Below, one piece after another: positions 63,334 to 64,000 of a stretch of DNA of 64,000 nucleotides. The notes under the pieces are model-generated. The model saw only the letters and a program-made list of their open reading frames with translations. It had not been told where the DNA came from and ran no database searches. Position 1 is the stretch's first letter. Each line of letters starts with the position of its first letter. The translations under genes and the position numbers were made by a program. This DNA is from Azolla caroliniana (Eukaryota > Plantae > Polypodiophyta): positions 10,106,001 through 10,170,000 of the forward strand of contig JBHGNT010000008.1 in the NCBI GenBank assembly GCA_043228905.1, given 5' to 3'.

Positions 63334-64000
63334 CCTTTACCTCTACTTTGTTGTCCACAACCACCTCCTCCATCCATCCTTCAAATGAGGCTTCAATCAC
63401 AACACATCTCTAATCTCTCTTCCACTTCCACAAGCATTGGCTCGTCTTCATGTGTTGTTTCTTCACACGGCTCTTCCAACTCCTGAGATGACATCCATCT
63501 CCTTTTCTACTCAAATGGGTCAATATTGGCCTCTCTATGGATGATAAAAGTATCTATCTATCTATGTATTTGTGCCTCATAATTAACTTCCTCAATTCAA
63601 GAAGTATCAATTTGCACACCTCATTCAAAGTAATTGATTTCTTGAAAATCTACATTTCAATATCTTGGCAAAAAATTGTTTCTCACATAATGTTTGGAGA
63701 ACAAAACAGACGTGTTTACTGTGTTCTTGTGAGGGTACAACTACAAATAAGAATATCATCCATACAACAACAAATTGTTTGAGTTGGTCTTGAAACATAT
63801 TTCCTATTGGGGTGTGGTCAGAGTGCTAGTCAAACCAAAGATGTTAGGAAATCATAATGGCTCTAACTGGTACACAATGATGTTTTTGGAGTATCATTTT
63901 CAACAATGCAAATATTGTGATAACCAATTTTCACATCAATTTTAGAAAAGTATTTAGCTCCTTTCAAACAATCTATCAAATCATTGGGTTGATGCACCGT

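Noticed and set aside
62780-63500. Possible gag remnant / 185-aa ORF
   Set aside because: ORF length is inflated by the 146-bp duplication; similarity too weak to call.

Overview
Eukaryotic, repeat-dense plant DNA. The TE complement (Tcn1-like chromovirus, RTE-X-like LINE) suggests a non-seed land plant such as a fern or lycophyte; this is inference only. Three host genes are supported: a 3-exon, 9x-CCHC zinc-knuckle gene (15029-19303 +), an SRC2-like C2-domain gene (56566 to about 58159 -) and an intronless non-RD Ser/Thr kinase (59950-61143 +). The rest is nested transposons. Nest 1 (1-11667): a self-priming chromovirus inside gypsy inside gypsy inside copia. Nest 2 (24118-29984): copia elements and a solo LTR inside a gypsy RT. 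Nest 3 (32440-55638): a Tork/Tnt1-like copia split in frame by an 18.2-kb DNA transposon (33760-51949). That transposon has CCCGGGG-starting imperfect TIRs and an 8-bp TSD. It carries a decayed, unclassified transposase-like gene plus a full copia, an L1 and a hAT MITE, each with its own TSD. It is the most novel-looking system here. The next best candidate is a conserved Pol C-terminal extension, beyond RNase H, in a copia family with two PPT-like tracts. All alignments and counts were done by eye.
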